64,000 bases of DNA from Octadecabacter sp. (GCA_028825445.1 JAPKAD010000006.1:39877-103876), one strand, 5' to 3'. Shown: positions 10,045 through 22,439, numbered from the stretch's first letter. The notes: generated from the letters alone by a model not told the origin. Numbers and translations are program-made.

Positions 10045-11964
10045 TTATGAGGAAGGTTCCGGTTCCATGTCTCTGTCACCCTTGGATTTTCGTGGCTTAG
10101 TATTGGGAACAGCCGTTACCGAACTGCCAGATTCGGGAGAACTATCCATACCATCGTCATCATCATCACGGTTCAGCGTCTCACCAGCCATTACCCGCTT
10201 GATCTCAGCACCTGTGAGCGTTTCATATTCAAGAAGGCCCTGACCAAGACGTTCAAATTCGATACTCTTTTTCTTGAGTATTTCTAGCGCCTTTTGGTAC
10301 CCAGACTCAATAAACGCCTTAACTTCTTCCTCAATCATACCTTTTGTATCAGCAGAAACTGAAAAGCCACCAGTGTTGCCAGAATAGCCCTCGTGGGCCT
10401 CAGAATAATCGATATTGCCGACTTTGTCGGACATTCCCCAGCGCATGATCATTGCACGGGCTAACTGGCTAGCCTGCTGGATGTCGCCAGCTGGACCATT
10501 AGACACTTGGTCTTCACCATATTTGATAACCTCAGCTGCTTTGCCCGCCATAGTCATCGCCAAACGCTGATGACATTCGTCGCGGAACATATTCAGACGG
10601 TCCATCTCTGGCAGACTCATCACCATCCCCAAGGCACCACCGCGGGGAATAATAGTAGCCTTATAGACAGGATCACATTTTGGCATCGTGATACCTACTA
10701 CTGCATGACCAGCTTCATGGTAGGCTGTCATTTCTTTTTGTGCGTCGGTCATGATCATTGAACGGCGCTCGGCACCCATCATAATCTTGTCCTTAGCGGA
10801 TTCAAAATCAGCCATTGCCACAAAACGCCGGCCAACGCGGGCGGCTGTAAGCGCTGCTTCATTCACAAGGTTGGCAAGGTCTGCACCAGAAAAACCAGGA
10901 GAACCACGCGCAATGATCCTAAGGTCAACATCAGGACCAAGCGGAGTTTTACGCGCATGAACACCAAGAATCTTTTCACGACCTTTTATATCTGGATTAC
11001 CAACGGTGACCTGACGGTCAAAGCGGCCCGGACGTAGTAGTGCAGGGTCAAGCACGTCTTTACGGTTGGTCGCCGCAATAATGATGACACCTTCATTGGC
11101 CTCAAAACCATCCATCTCAACTAGTAATTGGTTCAAAGTTTGTTCACGTTCATCGTTGCCGCCGCCCATACCGACACCCCGTGCACGGCCAACAGCATCG
11201 ATTTCGTCAATGAAAATTATGCATGGCGCGTTCTTTTTTGCCTGTTCGAACATATCGCGCACACGACTTGCACCGACACCAACAAACATTTCAACAAAGT
11301 CAGAACCAGAAATTGTAAAGAACGGCACACCCGCCTCTCCTGCAATCGCACGCGCCAGCAAAGTTTTACCTGTACCAGGAGGGCCGACAAGCAGGGCGCC
11401 CTTGGGAATTTTACCACCAAGACGTGAGAATTTTTGCGGATTACGTAAAAATTCAACAATCTCTTCTAGCTCTTCTTTGGCTTCGTCAATACCAGCAACG
11501 TCGTCAAACGTCACACGACCTGATTTCTCAGTCAACATCTTAGCCTTGGATTTACCAAAGCCCATAGCGCCACCTTTGCCACCACCTTGCATACGATTCA
11601 TAAAGAAAATCCATACACCGATAAGCAATAGAAACGGCAGCAGACTAACAAGGAATGTTGTTAAGCCTGACTGCTGTTGTTCTTCAAACGTTAGCGGAAT
11701 TCCACTATCGATCAATAGGTCAGTAACCCCTGTGTCTGCCCCAATGATCACTTGATAACTTCGGTTATCCGAGCCTCGATAGTAAAGCTTTTCACCATCA
11801 ACACGGGCTTCTGAAACTGCGCCAGCGTCAACCGCTTGTACAAATTCGGAATAGCTCTTTTCGTTTGCTTGTGCTGCTCCCTGTCCGTTGCCAAATAAAT
11901 TGAACAACGAGATTACGAGAACGAAAAGCACGGCCCAAAAGGCCAAATTGCGTGCGTTGCCCAA
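10045..11964 (-). CDS. ftsH: ATP-dependent zinc metalloprotease FtsH
   Basis: Two TM segments, [19 protein letters not shown]; TTG start preceded by an AGGAG SD. Confidence 0.98.
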   Translation of the reverse strand: MGNARNLAFWAVLFVLVISLFNLFGNGQGAAQANEKSYSEFVQAVDAGAVSEARVDGEKLYYRGSDNRSYQVIIGADTGVTDLLIDSGIPLTFEEQQQSGLTTFLVSLLPFLLLIGVWIFFMNRMQGGGKGGAMGFGKSKAKMLTEKSGRVTFDDVAGIDEAKEELEEIVEFLRNPQKFSRLGGKIPKGALLVGPPGTGKTLLARAIAGEAGVPFFTISGSDFVEMFVGVGASRVRDMFEQAKKNAPCIIFIDEIDAVGRARGVGMGGGNDEREQTLNQLLVEMDGFEANEGVIIIAATNRKDVLDPALLRPGRFDRQVTVGNPDIKGREKILGVHARKTPLGPDVDLRIIARGSPGFSGADLANLVNEAALTAARVGRRFVAMADFESAKDKIMMGAERRSMIMTDAQKEMTAYHEAGHAVVGITMPKCDPVYKATIIPRGGALGMVMSLPEMDRLNMFRDECHQRLAMTMAGKAAEVIKYGEDQVSNGPAGDIQQASQLARAMIMRWGMSDKVGNIDYSEAHEGYSGNTGGFSVSADTKGMIEEEVKAFIESGYQKALEILKKKSIEFERLGQGLLEYETLTGAEIKRVMAGETLNRDDDDDGMDSSPESGSSVTAVPNTKPRKSKGDRDMEPEPSS

Positions 11965-12026
11965 GGCGACACTCCTTTAGAAAAACATCTAAAACGCAAA
12001 CCATAGGTTTGGTTTCTTCCTACCTA

Positions 12027-12054
12027 AGATAGAGGCTTGGGGTCTGAGTTCAAC
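12027..12054 (-). promoter_or_regulatory. Possible RpoH-type promoter for ftsH
   Basis: Minus strand GTTGAA...CTCTATCT resembles the alphaproteobacterial RpoH consensus. Confidence 0.35.
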
Positions 12055-13321
12055 GGGAAAGCAGGAAAGATGCAAAATCCGCGACAATGCGCGCGTCAAA
12101 GCCGTTTGGATACCCCGCAATTGGGGCAGAAATCAGTTTTTCACCCTCAAATACGCCAGGAGTAGACATTAATGACTTACGCGGCAGCACTTGATCGCGC
12201 CAATTAGGGATCTGTTGAATAGCATTACCCAGTGCGCAAACACTTAAATTTTCATGTGTGTTCCCCTCCGAATCTTCGGATAGAAGCCAGCGATCATCCC
12301 ACGTAAGACTGCAATTACGGTTATGCCAAGATATTAAGTCGGGGGTTGCTGCCACTTCGCGTGAAATCCGCCAGTGGCCACTTTCGACGCTGATTAAACA
12401 CCCATGCAATGTACCACTTTGTCCATTCTTCGCTGCTTGCCACAATGAAAGTGTGGCGTCAGATCTTGGCGGATAACCCTCACCACCAGCGCCGTTCCCA
12501 ACGTAGTGCAATGCGTGACGAAACAGACGTATCGCGACATCACTGTGTTTGGGCCACGTTGCCGGGAACAACACATCCCCAGCAGTTTGTGTGATGTGTG
12601 TTTGCGCAATCATAGCCGCATAATCAGTCATTTCACGCCGTGCTGCCTGCATGTGCGCAGCCGTCTGCACAAGACGATCCGATGTCAGACCAAGTTCAGC
12701 CAAAGCGTTTTGCATACCGCGTGCCTTTATGCGATCAAATCGAATGTCATCATTGGACGGATCATCAGACCAAACGACATCACGCTCTGTCAACCATACC
12801 CTTAGTTTCATACGATTTTCTTGTAATAATGGCCTACAGATCCGCAATCCTGAAGGCGTGGAGGCCAACGCATTCATCGCAGCCAATCCTGCCACCCCTG
12901 ACCCACGCGCTAAACGCATCAAAACAGTCTCAGCCTGATCATCATGGGTGTGGCCTGTCAAGCAACTGACATCTTCGTGCTGATCTGACGCCCACTGCGC
13001 GATCGCCGCCCAACGGCCCATGCGCGCTGCCGCCTGAATATTACCGTGGCCGTCCCAGTTCCAGTTTAAAATGCTATGCTTTAGGCCAAGGCATTCAGCT
13101 TGCGTTGCGACCAATGCCAACTCATCCGTGACGTCGCGAAACCCATGATTAACTGTGATGACATGCAACCGTGCACGATTAATCGTTTCCGCTGCGAGAT
13201 GCATCAATGCTGTAGAATCACTACCGCCAGAAACCGCCAGCACGACAAGCCCAGTGTCAAACGAATCTGCCAATAACCTTTTGATCTGATTCCTAAATCG
13301 ATCCGCAAGTGTTAGCTGCAT
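12050..13321 (-). CDS. tilS: tRNA(Ile)-lysidine synthetase
   Basis: PP-loop AVSGGSDS, GHTHDDQAET, RPLL, DDPSN; located between cpoB and ftsH. Confidence 0.93.
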   Translation of the reverse strand: MQLTLADRFRNQIKRLLADSFDTGLVVLAVSGGSDSTALMHLAAETINRARLHVITVNHGFRDVTDELALVATQAECLGLKHSILNWNWDGHGNIQAAARMGRWAAIAQWASDQHEDVSCLTGHTHDDQAETVLMRLARGSGVAGLAAMNALASTPSGLRICRPLLQENRMKLRVWLTERDVVWSDDPSNDDIRFDRIKARGMQNALAELGLTSDRLVQTAAHMQAARREMTDYAAMIAQTHITQTAGDVLFPATWPKHSDVAIRLFRHALHYVGNGAGGEGYPPRSDATLSLWQAAKNGQSGTLHGCLISVESGHWRISREVAATPDLISWHNRNCSLTWDDRWLLSEDSEGNTHENLSVCALGNAIQQIPNWRDQVLPRKSLMSTPGVFEGEKLISAPIAGYPNGFDARIVADFASFLLSR

Positions 13322-14127
13322 CCCAAATTTGCCATCGCTTGGCGTGCTTCATCAAGCTCAGGTGCATCCGGAAACCGTGCACCAACCTCGCCCAAAGTTA
13401 TGCAGGCGTCTTCTAGTTGGCCCAAGATCGCAAGGGATTTACCGAGTTTTGTTAGAGCAGAGGAGGCCAGTGGACCTTTAGGGTTGCCAGAAAACGCAGC
13501 AAGGAAAGCGCGTGCAGCGTTCGGAGTTTCACCAATTTGTGTGTAAGCCTGCCCTCGCAAAAGGTGTGATTCGGTAGCTACTGGGCTACCCGGGTAAGTC
13601 TCATTAAAGGTCGCAAGTAGGTCAACGGCGCCGCGAAAGTTACCGGCGTCAAGCGCCTCCTGCGCCCGCATGAAGTCTTCTTTTTCACCAATTGCCAGCG
13701 ACAGCCCGTCTCTAATCGGCATTTCAATTGCAGGACCGGTGGGTTCTATGTCAACGCCACCAAGGCTAGGAGTTTCTCCAAGCATTCCAATTTCACATTT
13801 AGTTTCAAGTTCACAAAGACGAAACTCTAGATCGCCAACACGGTTTGTGCCATCACGTGTTATTCGGACAATACGAAACTCAAGTTCTTCAGTTTTAGAT
13901 GTCAGGCGTGTGAGTTCAGCTTCGATCGTATTCACACGATCCAGCAGCGTGGCTCCTGCATAATCTTGCCCAGACTGCCCCGAAGCAACCAGTTCGCTTC
14001 GCAATGAATTTAGTTCACCATACAAAACTGACAGCTCGAAACGAATATTTGCCAATTTTAGCTCTTCTGCAAAAGCCGCTCCAGTGGAGACGGCCATCGC
14101 AACAATAATAGTGATTATTTTAAACAT
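13312..14127 (-). CDS. cpoB: Tol-Pal system protein CpoB/YbgF
   Basis: Signal peptide, coiled coil and TPR-like C-terminus; downstream of pal. Confidence 0.88.
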   Translation of the reverse strand: MFKIITIIVAMAVSTGAAFAEELKLANIRFELSVLYGELNSLRSELVASGQSGQDYAGATLLDRVNTIEAELTRLTSKTEELEFRIVRITRDGTNRVGDLEFRLCELETKCEIGMLGETPSLGGVDIEPTGPAIEMPIRDGLSLAIGEKEDFMRAQEALDAGNFRGAVDLLATFNETYPGSPVATESHLLRGQAYTQIGETPNAARAFLAAFSGNPKGPLASSALTKLGKSLAILGQLEDACITLGEVGARFPDAPELDEARQAMANLGCS

Positions 14128-14162
14128 ATTGTCCCCCAAACAAGCCAATTAGTTTTGTTAGG

Positions 14163-14687
14163 CTAGCTACTTTGGCCAATGGAAATAATCGTAACTGCGC
14201 GTCGGTTCTGCGCATAACATGACTCTTCGGAACAGACCGCAAGTGGGCGTTCCTTGCCGTAGGACACCGTACGAATACGCCCCGACGCCAGACCTTTAGA
14301 AATCAAGTACTCGCGCACCGCATTTGCACGACGTGCGCCAAGTGCAAGGTTATATTCGCGAGTGCCTTGTTCGTCCGCATGGCCCTCTATCACAGCCAGA
14401 TAATCAGAATTGGTTGAAAGCCAACCAGCTTGCCCATCCAATGTATTTCGCCCGGATGAAGTCAATGTCGATGCATCAACCATAAACAGCACACGATTGC
14501 CAATAGTTTGGCTGAAAAACTGCGGGCTCGACGGGTTATTGGCCCCATCAAGCGCAGATTGATTAATGTTGTTAGAGTTTGCGCCATTCAGACCAGCTGC
14601 ATCGGAATCGTTAAATCGATCAGCATTAGTGCAGGCACTCAACATAAGAGCACCGATTAGAAAGGCGGTTTTGATAAGGTGTTTCAT
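14163..14687 (-). CDS. pal: Peptidoglycan-associated lipoprotein
   Basis: Lipobox LSAC; EGHADEQGTREYNLALGARRA; SYGKERP. Confidence 0.96.
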   Translation of the reverse strand: MKHLIKTAFLIGALMLSACTNADRFNDSDAAGLNGANSNNINQSALDGANNPSSPQFFSQTIGNRVLFMVDASTLTSSGRNTLDGQAGWLSTNSDYLAVIEGHADEQGTREYNLALGARRANAVREYLISKGLASGRIRTVSYGKERPLAVCSEESCYAQNRRAVTIISIGQSS

Positions 14688-14768
14688 GCGTCTATCCCGT
14701 TATTCTTTTGTTTACTCTTAAATTTACCTTAGCACGCCTATTCCAGTTTGAGAATCGCGAATACGTAA

Positions 14769-16109
14769 TTACCTCTGCAGGGGCCCCCAAGAAGGGTCAG
14801 ACCCACCTTGAGGTGTGATGACCTCGCGCAGATTTCGTCCGGTGATGTCCACTGAATATAGCCCCGTTGTGCCGTCCGAACCTTGGGTTTCTCGTGCAAA
14901 CATTATAACTCGCCCATTAGGAGACCATGTGGGACCTTCATCCAAAAATGACGACGTCAGCAAACGTTCTTCTGTGCCGTCAGTGCGCATAACGCCAATG
15001 TGGAAACGCCCTGCGTTCTGTTTAGTAAAAGCAATCAAATCGCCACGCGGTGACCATACAGGCGTGCCATATCGGCCATTTCCAAATGAAATACGCTGCG
15101 TTTCAACACCATTTGAAGACATTATATAAAGCTGCTGGGTGCCGGATCGATCAGATTCAAACACAATCTGGGACCCATTAGGACTAAAGCTTGGCGCAGT
15201 TTCAATCGCTGGGGTATTGGTCAGGCGCATGTTCTGACCGGTTACTAAATCCGTACGATAAATGTCAGTGTTGCCGCCATTGGCTAGTGAATAAACTACC
15301 TGCCATCCATCACGGCTAAAACGGGGGCTGAATGCCATTTCTCCAGACGCTGTTGGCATTTGCTGGTGCGAAACAGTTGCTACATCTAAAATATTAATAC
15401 GCGGAAACCCGCTTTCATAGCTTGTGTAAAGAATTCGATCTCCACTAGGTGAAAACCGTGGTGCCAGAACAATCGCACTACTGTCGGTTAGATACTGAAC
15501 ATTTACACCATCATAATCCATGATAGCTAGACGCTTTGCACGGTCATTTTTAGGGCCAGTTTCGGCCACGTAAACAACGCGACTGTCAAAATATCCAGCT
15601 TCCCCCGTAATCCGGCTGTAAACAACATCAGACACTTTATGAGCCATGCGACGCCAACCGTCAGCCGTGCCCGCAAATTGCAGCCCCTCACCCATTTCGG
15701 CACCACTAAACACATCATAAAGGCGGAACTTTACCGTCACTTGATTGCCGCTCACCGCCACAGCTCCTGTCACCAATGCTTGAGCGTTGATGGCGCGCCA
15801 ATCGGGAAATGAAATCACGCTACCAAAACTGGCAGGTCTCGAAATAAACGCCGAAGAAGAAATTTGACGGAAGAGACCAGTGCCGTTTAAATCTTCGATA
15901 ATCACTTTGCTGATGTCTAAGGCCATATCTTCAGAACCGACGACCTCCGCTTGGAAGGTTGGTAAAGCAAATGGTAGCGCTTCAATCACGCCATCGCGCA
16001 GGGTAAGCCGCAAAGGTTCCTGCGCAGATGCTGAATTTATTGTTGCAAAAGCGAGGATAATCGCCGCAAAAAGGATTGTAAATTTGTTCATCATGTAGCC
16101 TTTACTCAC
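14769..16109 (-). CDS. tolB: Tol-Pal beta-propeller protein
   Basis: Signal peptide; repeated PxFSP/PxWSP blades; position in the tol-pal cluster. Confidence 0.95.
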   Translation of the reverse strand: MSKGYMMNKFTILFAAIILAFATINSASAQEPLRLTLRDGVIEALPFALPTFQAEVVGSEDMALDISKVIIEDLNGTGLFRQISSSAFISRPASFGSVISFPDWRAINAQALVTGAVAVSGNQVTVKFRLYDVFSGAEMGEGLQFAGTADGWRRMAHKVSDVVYSRITGEAGYFDSRVVYVAETGPKNDRAKRLAIMDYDGVNVQYLTDSSAIVLAPRFSPSGDRILYTSYESGFPRINILDVATVSHQQMPTASGEMAFSPRFSRDGWQVVYSLANGGNTDIYRTDLVTGQNMRLTNTPAIETAPSFSPNGSQIVFESDRSGTQQLYIMSSNGVETQRISFGNGRYGTPVWSPRGDLIAFTKQNAGRFHIGVMRTDGTEERLLTSSFLDEGPTWSPNGRVIMFARETQGSDGTTGLYSVDITGRNLREVITPQGGSDPSWGPLQR

Positions 16110-16188
16110 TGGATTGCCCGCAACTGCAACGGGGAGATTTTGTCTGCGCGGATCACTGCGGAGATCTGGCTTCTGGGTTGGGTTTCTT

Positions 16189-17307
16189 TCATCGGTTCCG
16201 CATCGCTGTAGGGTCGACGGTTAGAATAACGTTTTGCCACTGTGCATATTGGTCGCGCGGCAAATCATAGCCAGCGTCACCTTTACATCTTATTATAGCA
16301 CGGCGAGCCGCTTCATAAGCTGTAATTGCATCGTTGGAATTTCCACTGCTGGAACTAAGCAACTCAAATGAGCCCTCCACGGGCCTGCCATCAGGCGTCA
16401 TACTAAAACTCATTTCCACAATGGTATTTAGCGCGCCTGTAGAGGTTGGCCCAACGTTCCAACAATTTCCAATCTGGCGCAAAAAGCCAGATTTATCTCC
16501 ATCTGACAACTGCCCATCAGACAATCTTGGCGTAACTGTAGGGGTCTGTGTTGGCGTAGGTGTTTCAACGAGGCCTGCTGCTGCCAAAGCTGCGGCAACG
16601 GGATCAACTGCAGATTCGTTAGGCGGCTCAACTACTGCAGCAGCCTGCTGCGATCGCGTTTTTGGGCGTGATGAAATTTCTGGCGCAAAAGTTGGCTCTT
16701 CGGCCTCTGTCACGATCTGATTCGCTGCCGCTTCGGGGGCAGTTGTTTCCTCAGCCGGTTCAGTTATTTTTTCAATAGTGGCTTTAACCTCCTCAATTGC
16801 GGCCTGTGCCACCTCTGGCGCGACGGTAGCATCTGGTTCTGGTGGAGCTATAATTTCGGGTGCCACCCGAGGCGCAACGCGTGGAATAGGGCGTGGGTTG
16901 CTGCCAAGTTCAGCAGACGGCTCTGGGTTTATAATCTGCGGCATGTCCGGAATTTCGGGGGCCGCGTCTGTCACACTCGTCTCAGGTGCCGTCAAATCGG
17001 GTGCTTCTGGCGGCGTTTCAGCAGCAGGCGGTATCACAGGCTGGGGAAGCTCAGCCACCTCGGGTGGTGTTTGTTCAACTAAAATTGATGGTGTTTGATC
17101 CACTACAGGTATTTCAATCGCCACTGGTTCGCTGGAGGGAAGGTCTGGCTGCACCCCTTGGGTCAGCGCCGCAAACTCTAAGCCAGATACGACGGACACA
17201 TCCATTACCTCAAACGGGGGTGGATCAGACGACATGCCCCAACCCACGACCATCCACACGACCAAAGCCACATGACCTGTGCCTGAAAGGGTAGTTCCAA
17301 TGCTCAT
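16189..17307 (-). CDS. tolA: TolA-like energy transducer
   Basis: N-terminal TM segment with SxxxH, Pro/Glu-rich linker, C-terminal CWN...AARRAIIRC domain; between tolR and tolB. Confidence 0.8.
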   Translation of the reverse strand: MSIGTTLSGTGHVALVVWMVVGWGMSSDPPPFEVMDVSVVSGLEFAALTQGVQPDLPSSEPVAIEIPVVDQTPSILVEQTPPEVAELPQPVIPPAAETPPEAPDLTAPETSVTDAAPEIPDMPQIINPEPSAELGSNPRPIPRVAPRVAPEIIAPPEPDATVAPEVAQAAIEEVKATIEKITEPAEETTAPEAAANQIVTEAEEPTFAPEISSRPKTRSQQAAAVVEPPNESAVDPVAAALAAAGLVETPTPTQTPTVTPRLSDGQLSDGDKSGFLRQIGNCWNVGPTSTGALNTIVEMSFSMTPDGRPVEGSFELLSSSSGNSNDAITAYEAARRAIIRCKGDAGYDLPRDQYAQWQNVILTVDPTAMRNR

Positions 17308-17324
17308 TTGGGGCTCATCTGCGT

Positions 17325-17804
17325 TTACCCGTCTTGTCCGTCCAAAGTGGGCCCACCAATGTCAGTAACCAGACCAATATTGTTAAACCCTGCCGCATTG
17401 AGTGCACCCATGATCTGCGCGACATCGTCCCACGCATTGGCCCCATCCGCACGTAAATATATCCGATCGCCGTCTCGCTCCACTGCAATACCCTGCAATC
17501 GCGGGATCAACTCTAAGCGTGCAACAACAGTTGATTGGATCATAATTTCACCCTGAGCGTCCAGTGTGATTGTTAAAGGCTCTTCATCATCAGTAGGTAG
17601 CGCATTAGCCGCCGTTTCCGGCAATTGCACCGGCACACCAACTGTTAACAACGGCGCAGCCACCATAAAAATAATTAGCAACACCAACATCACATCCACA
17701 AACGGCGTGACGTTAATCTCACTCATAGGCATAGAACGACGACCGCGACGACGCGCCCGTCTGCCACTGCCACCATCATCCGATTTGATGACACTACCCG
17801 CCAT
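17325..17804 (-). CDS. tolR: TolR
   Basis: EINVTPFVDVMLVLLIIFMVAAP; start at ATG 17804. Confidence 0.94.
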   Translation of the reverse strand: MAGSVIKSDDGGSGRRARRRGRRSMPMSEINVTPFVDVMLVLLIIFMVAAPLLTVGVPVQLPETAANALPTDDEEPLTITLDAQGEIMIQSTVVARLELIPRLQGIAVERDGDRIYLRADGANAWDDVAQIMGALNAAGFNNIGLVTDIGGPTLDGQDG

Positions 17805-17826
17805 TTTGCCGTCCCTGCTCCATGAC

Positions 17827-18501
17827 TTACGCGTCCAACTGACGGCTAAGAATGGTTGCAAATTCGTCTGCAAACGCTTCATAGCCGCTGACAACACGGT
17901 CTGAATCCACACTGAATTTGTTGTAGTAAATGACTGCAGGAATAGCAGCCATCAGACCCAGCCCAGTCGCTAAAAGCGCCTCGGCAATACCCGGAGCTAC
18001 CACAGCCAAATTTGTGTTCTGCTGCTCAGCAATTTCTATAAATGCATTCATAATACCAATGACAGTGCCCAAAAGCCCAATAAAAGGGGCAGATGATCCA
18101 ACCGTCGCTAGCACGGTCAATCCGCGCTGCAAACCTTCAGTTTCTTTGGCAATCGCCACGTCCATAGATCGGTCAATCCGCGCCGTGGCACCTGCAATCA
18201 ATCCGCCATCTTGTCGGTGCGACCTGCGCCATTCCAACATTCCAGCCACAAAAATTTTTTCTGAGGAACCTGCTGGCGTGGCACCAATACGCTCAAACAA
18301 TTCGTCTAACGGATTGCCAGACCAGAACGCTTCATCAAACACACGGGCTTCGGTTCGGGCTTTGCGGTATTGAACCCACTTGTCAACGATCACAGCCCAA
18401 CACCACACAGATGCGATGATCAGCAAAACCATTACGAATTGAACTGGGATAGTTGCGTGGGCAAACATGCCCCACATGGTGAAATCTATAGCTGCTTCCA
18501 T
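17827..18501 (-). CDS. tolQ: TolQ
   Basis: APFIGLLGTV, VVAPGIAEAL, AAIPAV. Confidence 0.95.
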   Translation of the reverse strand: MEAAIDFTMWGMFAHATIPVQFVMVLLIIASVWCWAVIVDKWVQYRKARTEARVFDEAFWSGNPLDELFERIGATPAGSSEKIFVAGMLEWRRSHRQDGGLIAGATARIDRSMDVAIAKETEGLQRGLTVLATVGSSAPFIGLLGTVIGIMNAFIEIAEQQNTNLAVVAPGIAEALLATGLGLMAAIPAVIYYNKFSVDSDRVVSGYEAFADEFATILSRQLDA

Positions 18502-18615
18502 AATGCCTGCTCTGCTTTAACGGACCGATTTTGGCCTCTCTTTAAAATTATATGTAGACGAGCTTGAATAGGATTACCAACAAAACGCGCTTATACTAAA
18601 GTTTTAGCAACTTTT

Positions 18616-19005
18616 TTAGTTAAGATTTTGGCGAAATACCGCCGGAAGACGCGTTGGCACGCCTAAATCATTTATTGCCACAATCGTAACAAGGGCCTTA
18701 AACAATAAATCGCCGTCACGCTCAACCGTTTGGCGCAGGATCCACCGCGCTCCAGAAACGCTCTCAACAGCTGTAGTCACAACCAGTTCATCATCATAGC
18801 GCGCAGGCGAATAATAATCCGCTTCGATATGGCGCACAGCAAAAACAACACCATCATTCAGTTTCAGCGCAACTTGATCCACTCCTATTTCACGAACCCA
18901 TTCACTGCGGCCACGTTCAATAAATTTTAGGTAATTAGCATAATAGACTATGCCACCAAGATCTGTATCTTCGTAATAAACACGTAGTGGAAACTGGTGA
19001 ATCAT
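18616..19005 (-). CDS. ybgC: Tol-Pal-associated acyl-CoA thioesterase
   Basis: RVYYEDTDLGGIVYYANYLKFIERGR. Confidence 0.93.
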   Translation of the reverse strand: MIHQFPLRVYYEDTDLGGIVYYANYLKFIERGRSEWVREIGVDQVALKLNDGVVFAVRHIEADYYSPARYDDELVVTTAVESVSGARWILRQTVERDGDLLFKALVTIVAINDLGVPTRLPAVFRQNLN

Positions 19006-19625
19006 TGCAAAATATCAACCCGTGCCGATAATCGTATCGCGTGACTTGGGTCATGTGCGACAGCTGGCATCACCCGGTCATAAGCAGCACGGATCACACC
19101 TGCAATGTCAGGACGCAAAACCGCATTGCCGCCCACCATAGCCAACGGTGACGCCTTCACAAACGCGACATCAGACCATAACAGTATAGATTGTACAGCT
19201 TGCGACAGTGCCAATGTGTCAGCAGGAACCTCCCTCAACTGTTCGTCCATACGCAAGAAGATGAAACATGCTTGGATAGCACCTTGGTCATCAAACCGAA
19301 AAATCCTGTACTGGTTCGCATCCACTTTAATTAAGCGTAAGATAAGTTCCGCTAATTCTGGCACTAATCGATGTAGATCAGGCACGTCCGATAAATCATT
19401 CCACTCACGGCAAAACAACATCATCACGTTGGCACCCAACTCAGGGTCCGTCTCTGCCATCGTGTGACCTGCCAAAACGCAAACTGCCTCAAAAGCACCC
19501 TTCAATAGGCTGATCGTTTCATTCTCAACGCCAAAAACCACCGGCACAATCGGGCGCCCCCAACGGGCGCACAAATAAGTATTATCCGCACGCGTAAATA
19601 AAGACTCAATTTCAGTAATATTCAT
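19002..19625 (-). CDS. Conserved hypothetical protein
   Basis: 207 aa ORF co-oriented with and overlapping the ybgC start (ATGA). Confidence 0.75.
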   Translation of the reverse strand: MNITEIESLFTRADNTYLCARWGRPIVPVVFGVENETISLLKGAFEAVCVLAGHTMAETDPELGANVMMLFCREWNDLSDVPDLHRLVPELAELILRLIKVDANQYRIFRFDDQGAIQACFIFLRMDEQLREVPADTLALSQAVQSILLWSDVAFVKASPLAMVGGNAVLRPDIAGVIRAAYDRVMPAVAHDPSHAIRLSARVDILQ

Positions 19626-19708
19626 TATGCTACTCTAAATAGGGACTTGGCGACCAAGCGAAAGGTTTCACTTTCATCTACGCCAAAAAATGGCGCCTCG
19701 TAAGGCAG

Positions 19709-20743
19709 CTAGGCACCAAACAAATCGCTGGGCGGCTTTGGTGCCGCCATGTTTAAATGCGTCCATGCCTTTTGCGCCAACATGCGGCCACGCGGGGTCC
19801 GCTGGATCAAACCCTGCTGCAATAAAAATGGCTCAATGACTTCCTCAAGCGCATCACGGCTTTCCGACAATGCCGCCGACATTGTCTCAATCCCAACGGG
19901 CCCACCTTGATAATTCTCAGCAATCAACCTCAGATATCTCCGATCCGCGCTGTCCAGTCCTAGATGATCCACCCCAAGCCGCGTCAAAGAACTATCGGCA
20001 ATAGTATGAGTCACAGTCCCGTCGCCCTCGACAATCGCAAAATCCACCACGCGGCGCAGAAGCCTTCCCGCAATACGTGGAGTACCTCGAGCGCGTTTGG
20101 CGATTTCTTGTGCGCCATCCGGTGTCGCGGGTGCGCCCATCAGATGCGCTCCGCGCGTGACAATCTTGTGCAGCTCTTCAATCGTATAAAATTCCAACCG
20201 TGTTGGTATGCCAAACCGATCACGCAACGGCGTCGTCAGCAGGCCCATGCGAGTCGTCGCACCAATCAACGTAAATGGCTGCAATTCTATCCTTACAGTG
20301 CGCGCCGCAGGCCCCTCACCAATCACCAAATCCAACTCAAAATCCTCAAGGGCAGGATACAAGACCTCCTCCACTGCAGGATTGAGTCGATGAATCTCGT
20401 CGATAAACAAAACGTCCCGCGCTTCGAGATTGGTCAGAATCGCTGCGAGATCCCCCGCCTTGGCAAGAACAGGCCCAGACGTCATGCGAAAGCCAACACC
20501 CAATTCACGAGCCATGATTTGCGCCAATGTTGTTTTACCAAGGCCCGGTGGCCCATGAAATAACGTATGATCCATAGCTTCACCGCGCCGCTTAGCACTT
20601 TCAATAAAGACCGCCAAATTGGACCGCGCTTCTGCCTGTCCAACAAAATCGGATAACATTTGCGGACGTAACGCCCGATCTCCTTCACGTGCGACGTCCT
20701 CGGGTTGAAGTACTGGTTGTAAAGACGGGTCAGGCTCAATCAT
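19709..20743 (-). CDS. ruvB: Holliday junction helicase RuvB
   Basis: [30 protein letters not shown]. Confidence 0.98.
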   Translation of the reverse strand: MIEPDPSLQPVLQPEDVAREGDRALRPQMLSDFVGQAEARSNLAVFIESAKRRGEAMDHTLFHGPPGLGKTTLAQIMARELGVGFRMTSGPVLAKAGDLAAILTNLEARDVLFIDEIHRLNPAVEEVLYPALEDFELDLVIGEGPAARTVRIELQPFTLIGATTRMGLLTTPLRDRFGIPTRLEFYTIEELHKIVTRGAHLMGAPATPDGAQEIAKRARGTPRIAGRLLRRVVDFAIVEGDGTVTHTIADSSLTRLGVDHLGLDSADRRYLRLIAENYQGGPVGIETMSAALSESRDALEEVIEPFLLQQGLIQRTPRGRMLAQKAWTHLNMAAPKPPSDLFGA

Positions 20744-20746
20744 TGT

Positions 20747-21436
20747 TTACCCCTTTGGTGCCAGCAATTTAAGCGCAGCACGGATTAACGTTGCCGTATC
20801 TACCCCATCATTTTCAACCGCCGCTTGCGCAACGGCACCAGCAGCATCAGACGGTCCATATCCAAGATTGCTCAATGCAGACAAAGTTTCAGACTGTGCG
20901 GCGCCATTGCCCGCAGCAGGAACATCATATCGCTCAACAACAACGCTCATATCCTCAGGGTCATCCGCATCATCAGATTGCGCTATCCCCAGCGAAGGGG
21001 CAGCCCCAGCCGACATGCCTGCCATAGCCATTACGCTATGCGCCTTATCTTTTAAATCCAGAATAACCTTCTTGGCAGTTTTTGGCCCAACACCTTTCGC
21101 CGTGGCCACTGCCGCCCAGTCGCCCATCGCAATAGACCGACTGACGCCATCCGCTCCCAACATACCTAAGATCGCCAAGGATGCCTTTGCGCCAATGCCT
21201 TGCACCGACATTAACAAGCGGTGCCATTCCTTTTCAGCCAATGTTGAAAATCCAAACAGTTGCAACAGGTCTTCACGAACAAGCAAATCAGTATAAAGCG
21301 CCGTCGCCTCGCCAACACGCGGCAACGTCGCCATTACGCGATCGCTAACAAACACAATATAACCCACGCCTTTAACGTCGATCAGCACGTGGTCGGTGGC
21401 GCGGTATTCCAGCCGTCCAGCAATGCGCCCAATCAC
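20747..21436 (-). CDS. ruvA: Holliday junction binding protein RuvA
   Basis: GTG start MIGRIAG; [15 protein letters not shown], HhH motifs, ALSNLGY. Confidence 0.95.
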   Translation of the reverse strand: MIGRIAGRLEYRATDHVLIDVKGVGYIVFVSDRVMATLPRVGEATALYTDLLVREDLLQLFGFSTLAEKEWHRLLMSVQGIGAKASLAILGMLGADGVSRSIAMGDWAAVATAKGVGPKTAKKVILDLKDKAHSVMAMAGMSAGAAPSLGIAQSDDADDPEDMSVVVERYDVPAAGNGAAQSETLSALSNLGYGPSDAAGAVAQAAVENDGVDTATLIRAALKLLAPKG

Positions 21437-21927
21437 GCTAAAATTCTCACTCTGGCCGATGCCGACTGCAAATGATGAGCATGGCATATCGCAATTGCCA
21501 ATGCGTCTGCTGCGTCAGGGCCTGACAGTTCAACACCAGGCAATTGCAGTTTCACCATGTGCGCAATTTGAGTTTTATCTGCGTGACCAACTCCAACAAC
21601 TGCTTTTTTAATTGCGTTCGGAGCATATTCACCAACCGCCAAGCCAGCGCGCGCAGGCACCAACATCGCGATACCCCGTGCCTGGCCCAGTTTCAGTGTA
21701 GCCGAACCATTTGAATTCACAAATGTCTGTTCAACTGCAGCGGCATCAGGGGCGAATTCTGCAATTACTGCCACAAGCTGATCATGCAGCGCCAACAACC
21801 GAACCGCAAGATCGCCCTTACCTGATTTACACACGCCATTGGCGACATGACTTAGCCGTGATCCACTTACCAAAATCACACCCCACCCCATGTTCACCAG
21901 CCCAGGATCTATGCCCAATACTCGCAT
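21433..21927 (-). CDS. ruvC: Holliday junction resolvase RuvC
   Basis: [27 protein letters not shown]. Confidence 0.96.
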   Translation of the reverse strand: MRVLGIDPGLVNMGWGVILVSGSRLSHVANGVCKSGKGDLAVRLLALHDQLVAVIAEFAPDAAAVEQTFVNSNGSATLKLGQARGIAMLVPARAGLAVGEYAPNAIKKAVVGVGHADKTQIAHMVKLQLPGVELSGPDAADALAIAICHAHHLQSASARVRILA

Positions 21928-21962
21928 CACTGCCCTCTTTTTTTTCATTAATTAAACTCTTA

Positions 21963-21977
21963 GCACAAAAGGCGAAC
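21963..21977 (-). promoter_or_regulatory. Candidate LexA (SOS) box upstream of ruvCAB
   Basis: Minus strand GTTC-GCCTTTT-GTGC; one mismatch to the alphaproteobacterial GTTC-N7-GTTC. Confidence 0.55.
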
Positions 21978-22118
21978 ACCCGCCAATCCCTCATTGACAG
22001 TATGGCAATCAGTAGCTCTGCCCTGCGGCAACAACTAACGTTTATTACGTCACACCGCCAAAGATCAACGGCATCATCACAGACCTTATTTTTAGTACTA
22101 TCACGCAATAAATTGGTC

Positions 22119-22133
22119 ATGCAAAATCCGCAT
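22119..22133. promoter_or_regulatory. Candidate LysR-type operator upstream of the DUF1127 gene
   Basis: ATGC-AAAATCC-GCAT dyad containing T-N11-A. Confidence 0.4.
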
Positions 22134-22241
22134 ATCACCCATGACTAAATGGCACTGGTACGCCGTAAATGAACGTCTTAACTCACAATTATTAAAAAAA
22201 TTTAAAAAAACACCAGTTAACACTTAATAGGAGATTTTATC

Positions 22242-22439
22242 ATGGCCGCCATCGACTTCCGCACTGCATCCGTAAAAACTAGCTTTTCAATTATCTCCAT
22301 GATTGCAGCTGTGGTTTCATGGAATGACTGCCGCATGACGCGAAACTCACTCAACAAGCTTACAACACGTGAGTTAGACGATATTGGACTAGTTCGCGGC
22401 GATATTGAAGCCATCGCAACTGGTACCCTGATCCGCTAA
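22242..22439 (+). CDS. DUF1127 (YjiS-like) small protein
   Basis: WNDCRMTRNSLNKLTTRELDDIGLVRGDI signature; AGGAG SD. Confidence 0.9.
   Translation: MAAIDFRTASVKTSFSIISMIAAVVSWNDCRMTRNSLNKLTTRELDDIGLVRGDIEAIATGTLIR

Noticed and set aside
16189-17307. Pro/Glu/Ala-rich low-complexity region as a novel repeat protein
   Set aside because: Normal TolA-type periplasmic linker.
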